NCBI GenBank assembly: GCA_963704755.1
Contig: OY969938.1
Location: 240,001-272,000, forward strand
DNA length: 32,000 nt
Origin: an uncultured Chloroflexia bacterium
GTDB lineage: Bacteria > Chloroflexota > Anaerolineae > Anaerolineales > Anaerolineaceae
Direction: 5' to 3'
The notes beneath the pieces are model-generated. The model was not told the DNA's origin and searched no databases. It saw only the letters and a program-made list of their open reading frames with translations. Position 1 is the stretch's first letter, and each line of letters opens with the position of its first letter. Made by a program: the position numbers and the translations under genes. Below are positions 15,927 to 23,565 of the stretch, one piece after another.

Positions 15927-17105
15927 TTATTTGCTAATTGCTGTAACCAACGCATTAATATATCGTGTATTCAGTGTGCCCGCCGGATCATTGGCTATGT
16001 TTACGTCCGGTTGGATACCGTTGCCAGAGATAGGGGGATTCAACCCGGGAACCCACCATTTTGCCGAAGTAACGTGCAAGGATGCACCATCGCTCAGGTC
16101 ATAGACAAGCTGGATCGAATCCTTTCCGTAAGTGGGCTGGCCAATTACCAGAGCGCGGGAATTTACCTGCAGCGCGCCGGTGATAATTTCGGCGGCGCTG
16201 GCGGTGTTGTGGTTGACGAACACGAATAAAGGCAGCCCGGCGAATGGCCCATCATCGGTGGTTGAAAAGCTATCCACCGGCTTGTCTTTATATTGCTGGT
16301 CCATGATTGGAACGCCGGACTTCAAAAAGAGCTTTGCTATCTTGATCCCGGCATCCACCAAACCGCCGCCATTGTCGCGCAGGTCCAAAACGAAATCGAC
16401 GGCGCCCTGTGATTGCAGGTCGGAAATAGCTTTTTGAATCTCGTCGGGCGTGGTCGCGGCGATCACATTGACCTGGACCAGGCCGACTTGCTTGTCTTCG
16501 GCGAGCAGATTCCAGGTCACGCTGGGCAAAGGAATTTCCTGACGCTTAACCGAGACGGTCAATTGTTCGCCGGTGACATCGCGGCGAATGAGCAATTTAA
16601 CGCTGCTGCCCACTTTCCCACGTAAAGCAGCCTGGACCTGGTCCGAAGTGGTATCGGTATTGACTTGTAATTGGTCGATTTGTAGCAGGATATCACCATC
16701 TTGCAAGCCGGCCTCTGCAGCGGGCGAACCATCGTAAGGGTAAATACGGAACAAGCCGGAAGAATCCTGCTCGACCCGAGCCCCAATGCCGCCATATTGG
16801 CCGGCAAGCTGATCCGATTGAAGTTCGTGCTGGGGAGGCTCGACCAGAACTGTATATGGGTCGTTGAGCTTCTGCAGCACCCCTTCGATCATGTCGTATT
16901 GCAAGTCGGTGCTGGATGGCAGTTGCCCCAGGAACGACTTTTCGAGGATGCCGTATGCCTCGCCAAAAAGGGAGTATTTATTAAACTGCGTATAGCCATT
17001 GCCTACATAAAAACCAATCATAAATACACCACAACACAAAATCAAAACCAACCCAATCACAATAGCTAAATTCAATTTTGTGGTTTTGACTTCGATTTCT
17101 CTCAT
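15927..17105 (-). CDS. ctpA: S41 family C-terminal processing peptidase with N-terminal membrane anchor and PDZ domain
   Basis: The 392-aa ORF has a TM helix (LAIVIGLVLILCCGVFMIGFYV) and a PDZ-like region (GGIGARVEQD...GSPAAEAGLQDGDILLQID). Catalytic Ser/Lys contexts are present (VNHNTASAAEII; TYGKDSIQ). Confidence 0.85.
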   Translation of the reverse strand: MREIEVKTTKLNLAIVIGLVLILCCGVFMIGFYVGNGYTQFNKYSLFGEAYGILEKSFLGQLPSSTDLQYDMIEGVLQKLNDPYTVLVEPPQHELQSDQLAGQYGGIGARVEQDSSGLFRIYPYDGSPAAEAGLQDGDILLQIDQLQVNTDTTSDQVQAALRGKVGSSVKLLIRRDVTGEQLTVSVKRQEIPLPSVTWNLLAEDKQVGLVQVNVIAATTPDEIQKAISDLQSQGAVDFVLDLRDNGGGLVDAGIKIAKLFLKSGVPIMDQQYKDKPVDSFSTTDDGPFAGLPLFVFVNHNTASAAEIITGALQVNSRALVIGQPTYGKDSIQLVYDLSDGASLHVTSAKWWVPGLNPPISGNGIQPDVNIANDPAGTLNTRYINALVTAISK

Positions 17106-17179
17106 TCGTTATTCTCCACCCAAAAGCCGAGCGGCTTGATGGGGTATAATCCAGGATATTAAGGACCGACAAAGCAGCC

Positions 17180-18058
17180 ATGCAAGTATTTTATTACCAT
17201 TCAAGTCAAAAAAGCCTGGACCTCAAACCTGTCCAACTGGCAAAAACCGCTCATACCCTGGATGACAGCAGTTTGCAGTTACCGGCAGGGGTATATACTA
17301 CAATCCGGACCTACCCGAGTTTGAGGGTTTTATTTTTCGAACTGCATATCCAACGCCTTGAACGCTCGGCTTATCTGACCGGGCAAAGCATCCAGATCGA
17401 TCGAGACAGGCTGCGCCAGGCAATCTACACCGTATTGCTGGGCCTCAACCGGGGTGAACAAAAAATCCGCATTACCGTAATACCGGAAAAAGATGCTTCG
17501 TTTGGGGTCTACCTGGCTTTTTCTGATCTCTCGACGCCGAGCGCGCAGGACCGCCAGCAGGGGGTAACCGTAAACACTTCCCGGATGAAACGGGAAAATT
17601 CCGAGGCAAAAGTCACCGCCTTCATCAAAGCTACCGCAGATACCCGCCAGATGCTTCCCAAAGGGATCAATGAACTGCTGATGGTCGAAGATCGGGGCGT
17701 TTTACTGGAAGGTCTGACCAGTAATATTTTCTGTGTCGAGAAGGGCACTCTCTGGACGGCCGAAAAAGATGTGCTGCCGGGCATCACCCGCCAGGTTGTG
17801 ATCGACTTGATCCACAAACAATGGTATGCGCTGGTCTTTTCAGGTTACCCGTACGATAAAATCCGGCAGGTGGACGAAGTTTTCATCACCAGCACCTCTC
17901 GAGCCGTACTGCCGGTGACCTGTATCGATGGGAGCCCGGTCGGTAATGGAAAGCCGGGGCCGATCACCCAAAAGCTAGCCGGCGCATACAATCTGTATAT
18001 CGAGTCACAACTCGAACCACTTTATAGCGATGTGGTATCCTCGTCAGAACCCTCTTGA
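17180..18058 (+). CDS. Aminotransferase class IV (branched-chain/D-amino acid aminotransferase or aminodeoxychorismate lyase-like)
   Basis: The 292-aa ORF carries the class IV core LLEGLTSNIFCVEKGTLWTAEKDVLPGITRQVVIDL and ...EVFITSTSRAVLPV. The exact substrate class cannot be determined from the sequence alone. Confidence 0.75.
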   Translation: MQVFYYHSSQKSLDLKPVQLAKTAHTLDDSSLQLPAGVYTTIRTYPSLRVLFFELHIQRLERSAYLTGQSIQIDRDRLRQAIYTVLLGLNRGEQKIRITVIPEKDASFGVYLAFSDLSTPSAQDRQQGVTVNTSRMKRENSEAKVTAFIKATADTRQMLPKGINELLMVEDRGVLLEGLTSNIFCVEKGTLWTAEKDVLPGITRQVVIDLIHKQWYALVFSGYPYDKIRQVDEVFITSTSRAVLPVTCIDGSPVGNGKPGPITQKLAGAYNLYIESQLEPLYSDVVSSSEPS

Positions 18059-18315
18059 TCCTCGGATTCAGGTTCCTCGTCCAGATTGCGCTCCAGGTCC
18101 CCACGATCCATGGCTTCGATCAGGCTTTTGGCCTGGGCGACCTGGTTCTCGGGTACCAACAGGTTGACTTCACCTAATGGCCCCATCGTCAAGCCGTATA
18201 CCGCACCGGCGCTTTCACCACGCATCAAAACTTTAACGCCGGATGCTTCCAGCATCAAGCGGACCATGTCAGCTTCCAACTGGCCATTGGCAATGTACAC
18301 GACTTCATAATCCAT
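18022..18315 (-). CDS. DUF2007-like small protein (putative signal-transducing beta-alpha-beta fold) with acidic C-terminal tail
   Basis: ATG at 18315 is preceded by AAGGAG; the ORF-track GTG at 18333 would add 6 residues. The sequence VVYIANGQLEADMVRLMLEASGVKVLMRGE...VNLLVPENQVAQAKSLIEAM fits the DUF2007 pattern. The tail DEEPESEDQEGSDEDTT is strongly acidic. Confidence 0.6.
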   Translation of the reverse strand: MDYEVVYIANGQLEADMVRLMLEASGVKVLMRGESAGAVYGLTMGPLGEVNLLVPENQVAQAKSLIEAMDRGDLERNLDEEPESEDQEGSDEDTTSL

Positions 18316-18329
18316 GAGAAGCTCCTTTA

Positions 18330-18671
18330 TCACCCCTGGGTGTTATCTTGCATAACCTGGGTAGCTAATTGTAGCATCTCATCCAGTTTCGCGTGATAGC
18401 GCACATATTGCCGGAGAGCCCGCTCTACCAGAGGGTCGGAAAATGACTGGCTGATAGAAAGCGCGTCATCCAATTCAGCCTGGGCCGGAAATTCAACGGG
18501 AACCTGCTGACCCTGCAACGCAGCGAAAACCACCTGGGTTACAAATTCGTCCAATTGGTGTAACAAGTCGTACAACGGAACAAGTTTAGGGTCATCCGGC
18601 TCGGCTAACGAGGCCGATTTTTGAGCGATGACCGACTTACGCAGGCGTGAAATTGCCGGTTCGTCATTCAT
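18330..18671 (-). CDS. Hypothetical protein, 113 aa, acidic, predicted helical, no recognised family
   Basis: Its ATG overlaps the stop of the upstream exonuclease gene (ATGAATGA, 8-nt overlap 18664-18671), indicating translational coupling. The composition is protein-like. Confidence 0.55.
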   Translation of the reverse strand: MNDEPAISRLRKSVIAQKSASLAEPDDPKLVPLYDLLHQLDEFVTQVVFAALQGQQVPVEFPAQAELDDALSISQSFSDPLVERALRQYVRYHAKLDEMLQLATQVMQDNTQG

Positions 18672-19926
18672 TGATTTCTCCTAAATCGAGATGGACACGG
18701 TTCAATTTTTGTTCCAACCGCTCGCGGCGATGAAGGATTTCGATGACCTTTTCTTTACGCAAATAAAGTGGGTAAGGCATTTGCTCCAACAAAGTCAAGG
18801 CCCGGTTGGTCCATTCCAGGGCGGGTTCGTATTCACGCGAGCGATGTTCATAGTATTTCGCAATATCGATGGCTGCCTCAAATTCGCCATAATCGGCCGC
18901 CTTTTCCCACAAGGTTAATGCGGCAGCCCAATTTTCTTTCCTGCGAGAGAGGTCGGCGTAACGATATAGGGTCTGGATGAAAAACGGCCTGGGCAAACCA
19001 TTGGACAGGCTGTTTTCATAAAATAAGGCCGCCTCCTCAACTTTACCCAGGTCTTCGAAAATTCTGGCTATCGAGGCCAGGTCGATAGATTGGGCGGCAC
19101 AATAATTGAGCGGCTCGGCTAACAGCCGGCCCGAGTAGATAAATAAGGCTGCCAGCGATAGGATATCGATCTGGTTATGGTAGAAAACCCCGCCCAGTGG
19201 AGCCGCATTCCCGCTGCGCAAAAATTCGTAATACATGTCCGGAATCATCCAGCCCGGGATCTCCTCCTGGCTGCGTTGAACCTGCAGGATTTCCTGTTCG
19301 ATGTTCCCCAGGGAGCGGTCGTTTAGCCGGTTGCGCCAGATACGCCTGGAAAGGCTCAACAAATCGATGTGGTTGAACGAGCGAAAGGGGGAAGGGTTAG
19401 CATTGAGCGTGTAGCGCGTATTCAGCAAGGGGATATCGAAGGATTTACCGTTATAGGTGACCACGGTATCGAACGGGCTGGCAATTTCCTCCAATGCGGC
19501 CAGAAAGGCATTTTCTTCCCCTGGAGAATTGAGGAAAAGCTGTTTCAGCGTAAAACCTGATGTATCAAAATAACCCAGGCCGACCATAAAAGCGAACGTC
19601 CCGGTCCCTCCGGCCAGGCCGGAGGTTTCGGTATCCAAAAAGAGGATCCGTTTCAGGTCGAAATCTGCGAGCCGCGGAATTTTCGCCCATTCGAGCAGCA
19701 GAGAATAATCCACAACTTCAGCAAAATCAACGCTGCCATGACGATATTGTGGTTCGTACGTCCGGGCACAAACAAAGGTATCTCCAAGGCGGTTTGAATG
19801 GTAATAGCCCTCGACCACCTGGTCTATTGGATGGGTTGCGTGTTCCGCGGGTTCCGGCGCGCGAATATCACGGGCGTTGAACTGTACCCCTAAACGACGT
19901 AATTTATCGTAAAGTGTCTCGTCCAT
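18664..19926 (-). CDS. RNase H-like (DEDDh) 3'-5' exonuclease, YprB/MrfB-like, fused to C-terminal TPR-like repeats
   Basis: The Exo motifs are ILFLDTETSGL (DxE), VVTYNGKSFDIPLL and HIDLLSLSRRIW (H-x4-D). The C-terminal third is helical-repeat-like (EEAALFYENSL, AAALTLWEKAADYGEFEAAIDIAKYYEH). The gene lies 21 bp downstream of a YprA/MrfA-like helicase gene, the same pairing as B. subtilis yprA-yprB. Confidence 0.8.
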   Translation of the reverse strand: MDETLYDKLRRLGVQFNARDIRAPEPAEHATHPIDQVVEGYYHSNRLGDTFVCARTYEPQYRHGSVDFAEVVDYSLLLEWAKIPRLADFDLKRILFLDTETSGLAGGTGTFAFMVGLGYFDTSGFTLKQLFLNSPGEENAFLAALEEIASPFDTVVTYNGKSFDIPLLNTRYTLNANPSPFRSFNHIDLLSLSRRIWRNRLNDRSLGNIEQEILQVQRSQEEIPGWMIPDMYYEFLRSGNAAPLGGVFYHNQIDILSLAALFIYSGRLLAEPLNYCAAQSIDLASIARIFEDLGKVEEAALFYENSLSNGLPRPFFIQTLYRYADLSRRKENWAAALTLWEKAADYGEFEAAIDIAKYYEHRSREYEPALEWTNRALTLLEQMPYPLYLRKEKVIEILHRRERLEQKLNRVHLDLGEINE

Positions 19927-19947
19927 CGAAAAATACCACTCAAACGA

Positions 19948-22497
19948 TTATACTCGAACACTTTTTCCATTCAAGAGATTCAGCAAGGCTAACGTCTCTT
20001 TTTTACCGCCCGAACCGAATTCACCACCCACCCCGACACAGGAGGGACAGCCATCCTGGCAGGGGCAGGCGGAGACCAGGTCGAGCGCTGCCGCCATCAA
20101 CTGGCCATGAATACGATATATTTCTTCACATAACCCTATCCCGGCCGGAACGCGATCGAATAAAACCACGGCCGGGTTACCGTCCACCAGCGGCGACTGA
20201 GGATCGGCATGCGTGCCCAGGTCATTGGGGTCGCACATGATAAAAAGGGGAGCCAACTGGCCCAGAGCAAAACTCAACCCGGCCAGCCCGCTGCGCATAC
20301 GCACCTGGCCTTCAGCCTTCTTGTGACAGGCCGGGCACAATGTGACCAGGTTTTCCAGGCGGTTGGCTTGTTCATAACTGGGCCATTGACGGAAAGGGAT
20401 CTTATGATGGACGTGGTGCTGTAACCCGTTTTCGCGCCTGCCGCAATTCTGACAGGTGTAATGGTCCCGCTCGCGGGCCAGGTCCCGTTGGCGGTTCCAG
20501 TTCGGGCCATAGTTGATCGGTGTCCCACTCCAGAGATTGAGTTCTTCCAGAACGTCCACTGCCTTAGGATCGACCGCGAGCCAATAAGCGATCGTCCTCA
20601 GAACATCCGGCGGCATGGAAAGCTCTTCGCCACCCAGGTTCTCGTTGCTGAACCAGCGTACTTTGCGGAACCCAACCACCTGGGTCGTTACTTCGATCTC
20701 GCCCAGCGATCGGGTACCCATGGTGGCGTTTTCGGAATAAAACTCACTGATTTTCTCGATCGTCTCTTCGTTATGAGGTTCGGTAAAATAATCCGTGTTG
20801 GTTTGGGTCAGGCTGGCAACCCCTTTTTCCAGGTCGAGACCTTCGACGAAATAGGACTGAGCCTGGTGCAGATAAATCGCGTGCGGATGGACCATCCACT
20901 TGGCGCTGCTCGCATCGACCTCGCCGATGGTAGTCACTTTGCCATCCTGGGACGTCTGCAGCAGAATAGTGGATGGTGAAGTGGTCCGCAGTGAGACGGA
21001 TTGGGAGACATATTGATCGGCTACCCAAAAGTATTTGTCGTTTGAAAAATGAACCTCACGAGTTTGGATAAAGAGGGCCATGTACTCTGCGACCGTCTCC
21101 CAGGGCAAGCCGCCAAAATTACTGCCTTCACTGAACGGCAGCTCGAACAAGGCGCAGCGCAAATGTTGCATGAGGATTACCGGGTTATCCGGGTTGATCA
21201 AGGCCTGTTCGGTAGGTTTTTCCAGTAAAAAATCCGGGTGGCGGACCAGATATTGATCCAAAGGGGCAGCCGAGGCAATAAAGACCGAAAGCGCCGGTAA
21301 CAGTTTGCGGCCCGCCCGCCCGGCCTGCTGGCGGGTGGCGGCGATGGTGCCCGGATAGCCCACGATAACGACCGCATCCATCGATCCAATATCCACGCCC
21401 AATTCCAGGGCGTTGGTCGCTGCAACGGCCCGGGCAGTCCCTGATTTCAATTCATTTTCGATCTCACGCCGGTCCGCAGCCAGGTAACCACTGCGGTAGC
21501 CCACGATTTCTTTGGCCTTGGCAGGCTGGTTCTCGCGCAGGTAGCGTACACCCAACTCGACCGAACGGCGGGTACGAGCGAACATCAAGGTCTGAACGTC
21601 GTAATCCAGCAGTTTGCCGGTGATCCAGACCCCTTCGGACAGAGAACTACGGCGGATCCCCAGGTCTTCGTTAACCAGGGGGGGATTATAGAGCAAGAAA
21701 TTGCGTTCGCCGCCGGGTGCCCCGTTGCGATAGATATCGACTGTCGGCAGCTCGATGAGATGGCGAGCATGGTCGGCCGGGTTAGAAATCGTCGCTGATG
21801 TCAAGACATACTGGGGCGAGGCGCCATAGAAAGAATAAATTCGTTTGAGCCGGCGGATCACATTGGCCACATGGCTGCCGAAAACCCCGCGATAGACATG
21901 AATTTCATCCAGGACCACGTGCTGGAGATGGGCCAAATATTCTTCCCACAAGGTGTGGTGCGGCAGAATGGCCATGTGAAGCATATCCGGGTTGGTCAAA
22001 ATAACCCGGGCATTCTTGCGGATCTGCCCGCGCAGATGTTGGGCCGTATCCCCATCATATACAAAGATCTTCGTGATAAGGCCTGGTGGGGCCAGCTCGC
22101 GAAATTGCTCGTACTGGTCGTAGGCCAGGGCTTTGGTGGGGTATACCAGCAAGGCAGTCGCCTGGGGGTCTTTGAGCAAGGTATTCAAGATGGGAAGCTG
22201 GTAACACAAGGATTTCCCGCTGGCCGTACCGGTAGAAATGACCGGGTTTTGCCCTTCCTCCAGGGCGGATAAAGCTTCTGCCTGGTGTGAATAAACCCGT
22301 GTAATTCCCTTTACCCGCATGCGTTCCAGGAGTCCAGGCGCCAGGCTGGCAGGCAGGTCCTGCCAGATGGCTTCGCGGCGAGCAGCTACTTCCCAGGCGC
22401 TGATGTTGGTCATTATGTTAGGATCTTCGCGCCAAAGGTCCATCATACGGCTCAATGCCGAGGTTCGCTCTACAGGACTATTTACCTCGTTCATCAT
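19948..22497 (-). CDS. DEAD/DEAH-box (SF2) helicase with C-terminal DUF1998 domain, MrfA/YprA-like, carrying an HNH nuclease insertion
   Basis: Helicase motifs are present: Walker A STGTASGKS, DEIH (VLDEIHVY), TSAT and QQAGRAGR. The C-terminal Cys cluster ACPCQDGCPSC (nt 20038-20070) is the DUF1998 signature. An HNH motif, CQNCG...HHVHHKIP...NLVTLCPACHKK, lies at nt 20311-20460. Confidence 0.85.
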   Translation of the reverse strand: MMNEVNSPVERTSALSRMMDLWREDPNIMTNISAWEVAARREAIWQDLPASLAPGLLERMRVKGITRVYSHQAEALSALEEGQNPVISTGTASGKSLCYQLPILNTLLKDPQATALLVYPTKALAYDQYEQFRELAPPGLITKIFVYDGDTAQHLRGQIRKNARVILTNPDMLHMAILPHHTLWEEYLAHLQHVVLDEIHVYRGVFGSHVANVIRRLKRIYSFYGASPQYVLTSATISNPADHARHLIELPTVDIYRNGAPGGERNFLLYNPPLVNEDLGIRRSSLSEGVWITGKLLDYDVQTLMFARTRRSVELGVRYLRENQPAKAKEIVGYRSGYLAADRREIENELKSGTARAVAATNALELGVDIGSMDAVVIVGYPGTIAATRQQAGRAGRKLLPALSVFIASAAPLDQYLVRHPDFLLEKPTEQALINPDNPVILMQHLRCALFELPFSEGSNFGGLPWETVAEYMALFIQTREVHFSNDKYFWVADQYVSQSVSLRTTSPSTILLQTSQDGKVTTIGEVDASSAKWMVHPHAIYLHQAQSYFVEGLDLEKGVASLTQTNTDYFTEPHNEETIEKISEFYSENATMGTRSLGEIEVTTQVVGFRKVRWFSNENLGGEELSMPPDVLRTIAYWLAVDPKAVDVLEELNLWSGTPINYGPNWNRQRDLARERDHYTCQNCGRRENGLQHHVHHKIPFRQWPSYEQANRLENLVTLCPACHKKAEGQVRMRSGLAGLSFALGQLAPLFIMCDPNDLGTHADPQSPLVDGNPAVVLFDRVPAGIGLCEEIYRIHGQLMAAALDLVSACPCQDGCPSCVGVGGEFGSGGKKETLALLNLLNGKSVRV

Positions 22498-22644
22498 GAG
22501 GATGTTTTACCCCAGATTAGCCATTGAGGCAAGTTCAAGTTCTTTTTTTAGGCAACATTTTAGTAATCTCGGCTATACTGAAACCCGGAACCCGTGCAAA
22601 AAAGGATTTCCGCCCAGACCTACCAGCGAAAGAGGAACCTATAA

Positions 22645-23394
22645 ATGAATGGATTGGCAATTCTTGCCGCCACTATCTGCGGATGGCTTTGTGGCTCCGG
22701 CTTGAATTTCTGGATCGATTGGCTGCTGGCTTCACGAACCAAAACCGGGGTTATTTGTGTGAACTGCGGCCAAAAACGAAACTGGATCGATTATTTATGG
22801 GTGCGGCCCTGTTCGCAATGTGGCCAGGCACGCTCGAGCCGGGATTGGGCTCTCCAGATCGGCTTAACGATACTGCTGCCGGTATTGTGGGCCTTCCCGC
22901 CCCGGTTTTTCGGTTTCTGGATCGCACTACCTTATATGCTCTACTTTGCCCTGGTGCTGACCATGGATATCGAGCACCGGGTGATTTTACATGAGGTCAG
23001 TATCCTGGGGGCAGTGCTGGCCATCCCCCTGGGGCTGTATTGGAACGGCTGGCTGAAGACGCTGCTGGGCGGCGCGTCCGGGTTTGGAATCATGCTGGCG
23101 CTGTATGGCTTCGGGCTGCTGTTCAATAAAGCTCTCTCTCGACGGCGAGGTGAGCCGATCGAGGAAGTCGCCCTGGGGTTTGGGGACGTCAACTTGAGCG
23201 GTGTGTTGGGGATCCTCCTGGGTTGGCCCAAGATCGGCCTGAGCCTGTTCTTTTCGGTCATGGCGGGCGGAGTTTTCAGCGGGTTATACTTGCTCATCAC
23301 CGCGTTAATCCGCAAGTACCGGGCCTTCAGCGCTTTCCCATACGCACCGTTTCTGGTCTTATCGGCTGTGGTTTTGATGTATCTGGCAAAATAG
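22645..23394 (+). CDS. Prepilin peptidase (A24 family aspartic peptidase)
   Basis: The 249-aa polytopic membrane ORF has an N-terminal CxxC...CxxC (CVNCGQ...CSQCG). The two catalytic Asp contexts are LTMDIEHRVI and LGFGDVNLSG (GxGDxx motif). Confidence 0.8.
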   Translation: MNGLAILAATICGWLCGSGLNFWIDWLLASRTKTGVICVNCGQKRNWIDYLWVRPCSQCGQARSSRDWALQIGLTILLPVLWAFPPRFFGFWIALPYMLYFALVLTMDIEHRVILHEVSILGAVLAIPLGLYWNGWLKTLLGGASGFGIMLALYGFGLLFNKALSRRRGEPIEEVALGFGDVNLSGVLGILLGWPKIGLSLFFSVMAGGVFSGLYLLITALIRKYRAFSAFPYAPFLVLSAVVLMYLAK

Positions 23395-23414
23395 TCATTG
23401 TAGGGAGTAAGGAT

Positions 23415-23470
23415 CCCGAATCTAAGGCGTTTGCGCTCGAAGGTTCGAGCGCAAACGCCTTAGATTCGGG
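23415..23470 (+). terminator. Very long perfect hairpin (27-nt arms) after the prepilin peptidase gene; intrinsic terminator candidate
   Basis: The arms cccgaatctaaggcgtttgcgctcgaa (23415-23441) and ttcgagcgcaaacgccttagattcggg (23444-23470) are exact reverse complements. The hairpin is followed by aacatttt. Confidence 0.65.
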
Positions 23471-23509
23471 AACATTTTAACTGGAGCTTGAGAAGTAAAA
23501 AAGCTTAAT

Positions 23510-23544
23510 CCAAAATCTCCAGGGCGAGGCCCTGGAGATTTTGG
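23510..23544 (-). terminator. Intrinsic terminator of the minus-strand lipoprotein gene
   Basis: There is a 16-bp perfect stem, ccaaaatctccagggc (23510-23525) / gccctggagattttgg (23529-23544), with a 3-nt loop. On the minus strand it is followed by attaagctttttt (T6 run). It lies 22 bp past the stop at 23566. Confidence 0.75.
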
Positions 23545-23565
23545 TATCTTTAACAAATAGAGGGG

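Noticed and set aside
18022-22497. Helicase + HNH + exonuclease locus as an anti-phage defence island
   Set aside because: The architecture matches the conserved MrfA/MrfB (YprA/YprB) repair pair. The flanking genes are housekeeping (aminotransferase, prepilin peptidase, protease). I saw no methyltransferase, toxin-antitoxin, integrase or compositional break. It is retained as a lower-probability alternative in the operon finding.
22524-22994. 156-aa + strand ORF overlapping the prepilin peptidase gene in another frame
   Set aside because: The peptidase frame (22645-23394) carries the A24 catalytic motifs and a continuous TM-helix pattern. The alternative frame is Arg/Pro/Gly-rich nonsense.
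22645-23394. Orphan prepilin peptidase with no pilin or secretion genes nearby, as something unusual
   Set aside because: The CxxC...CxxC N-terminus and both Asp motifs are standard for the A24 family, and pilD-like genes are frequently unlinked from their substrates. This is not noteworthy on its own.
23442-23448. GGTTCGA, resembling a tRNA T-loop box
   Set aside because: It is the apex of the 27-nt-arm terminator hairpin. No acceptor stem, D-arm or anticodon arm can be drawn around it.
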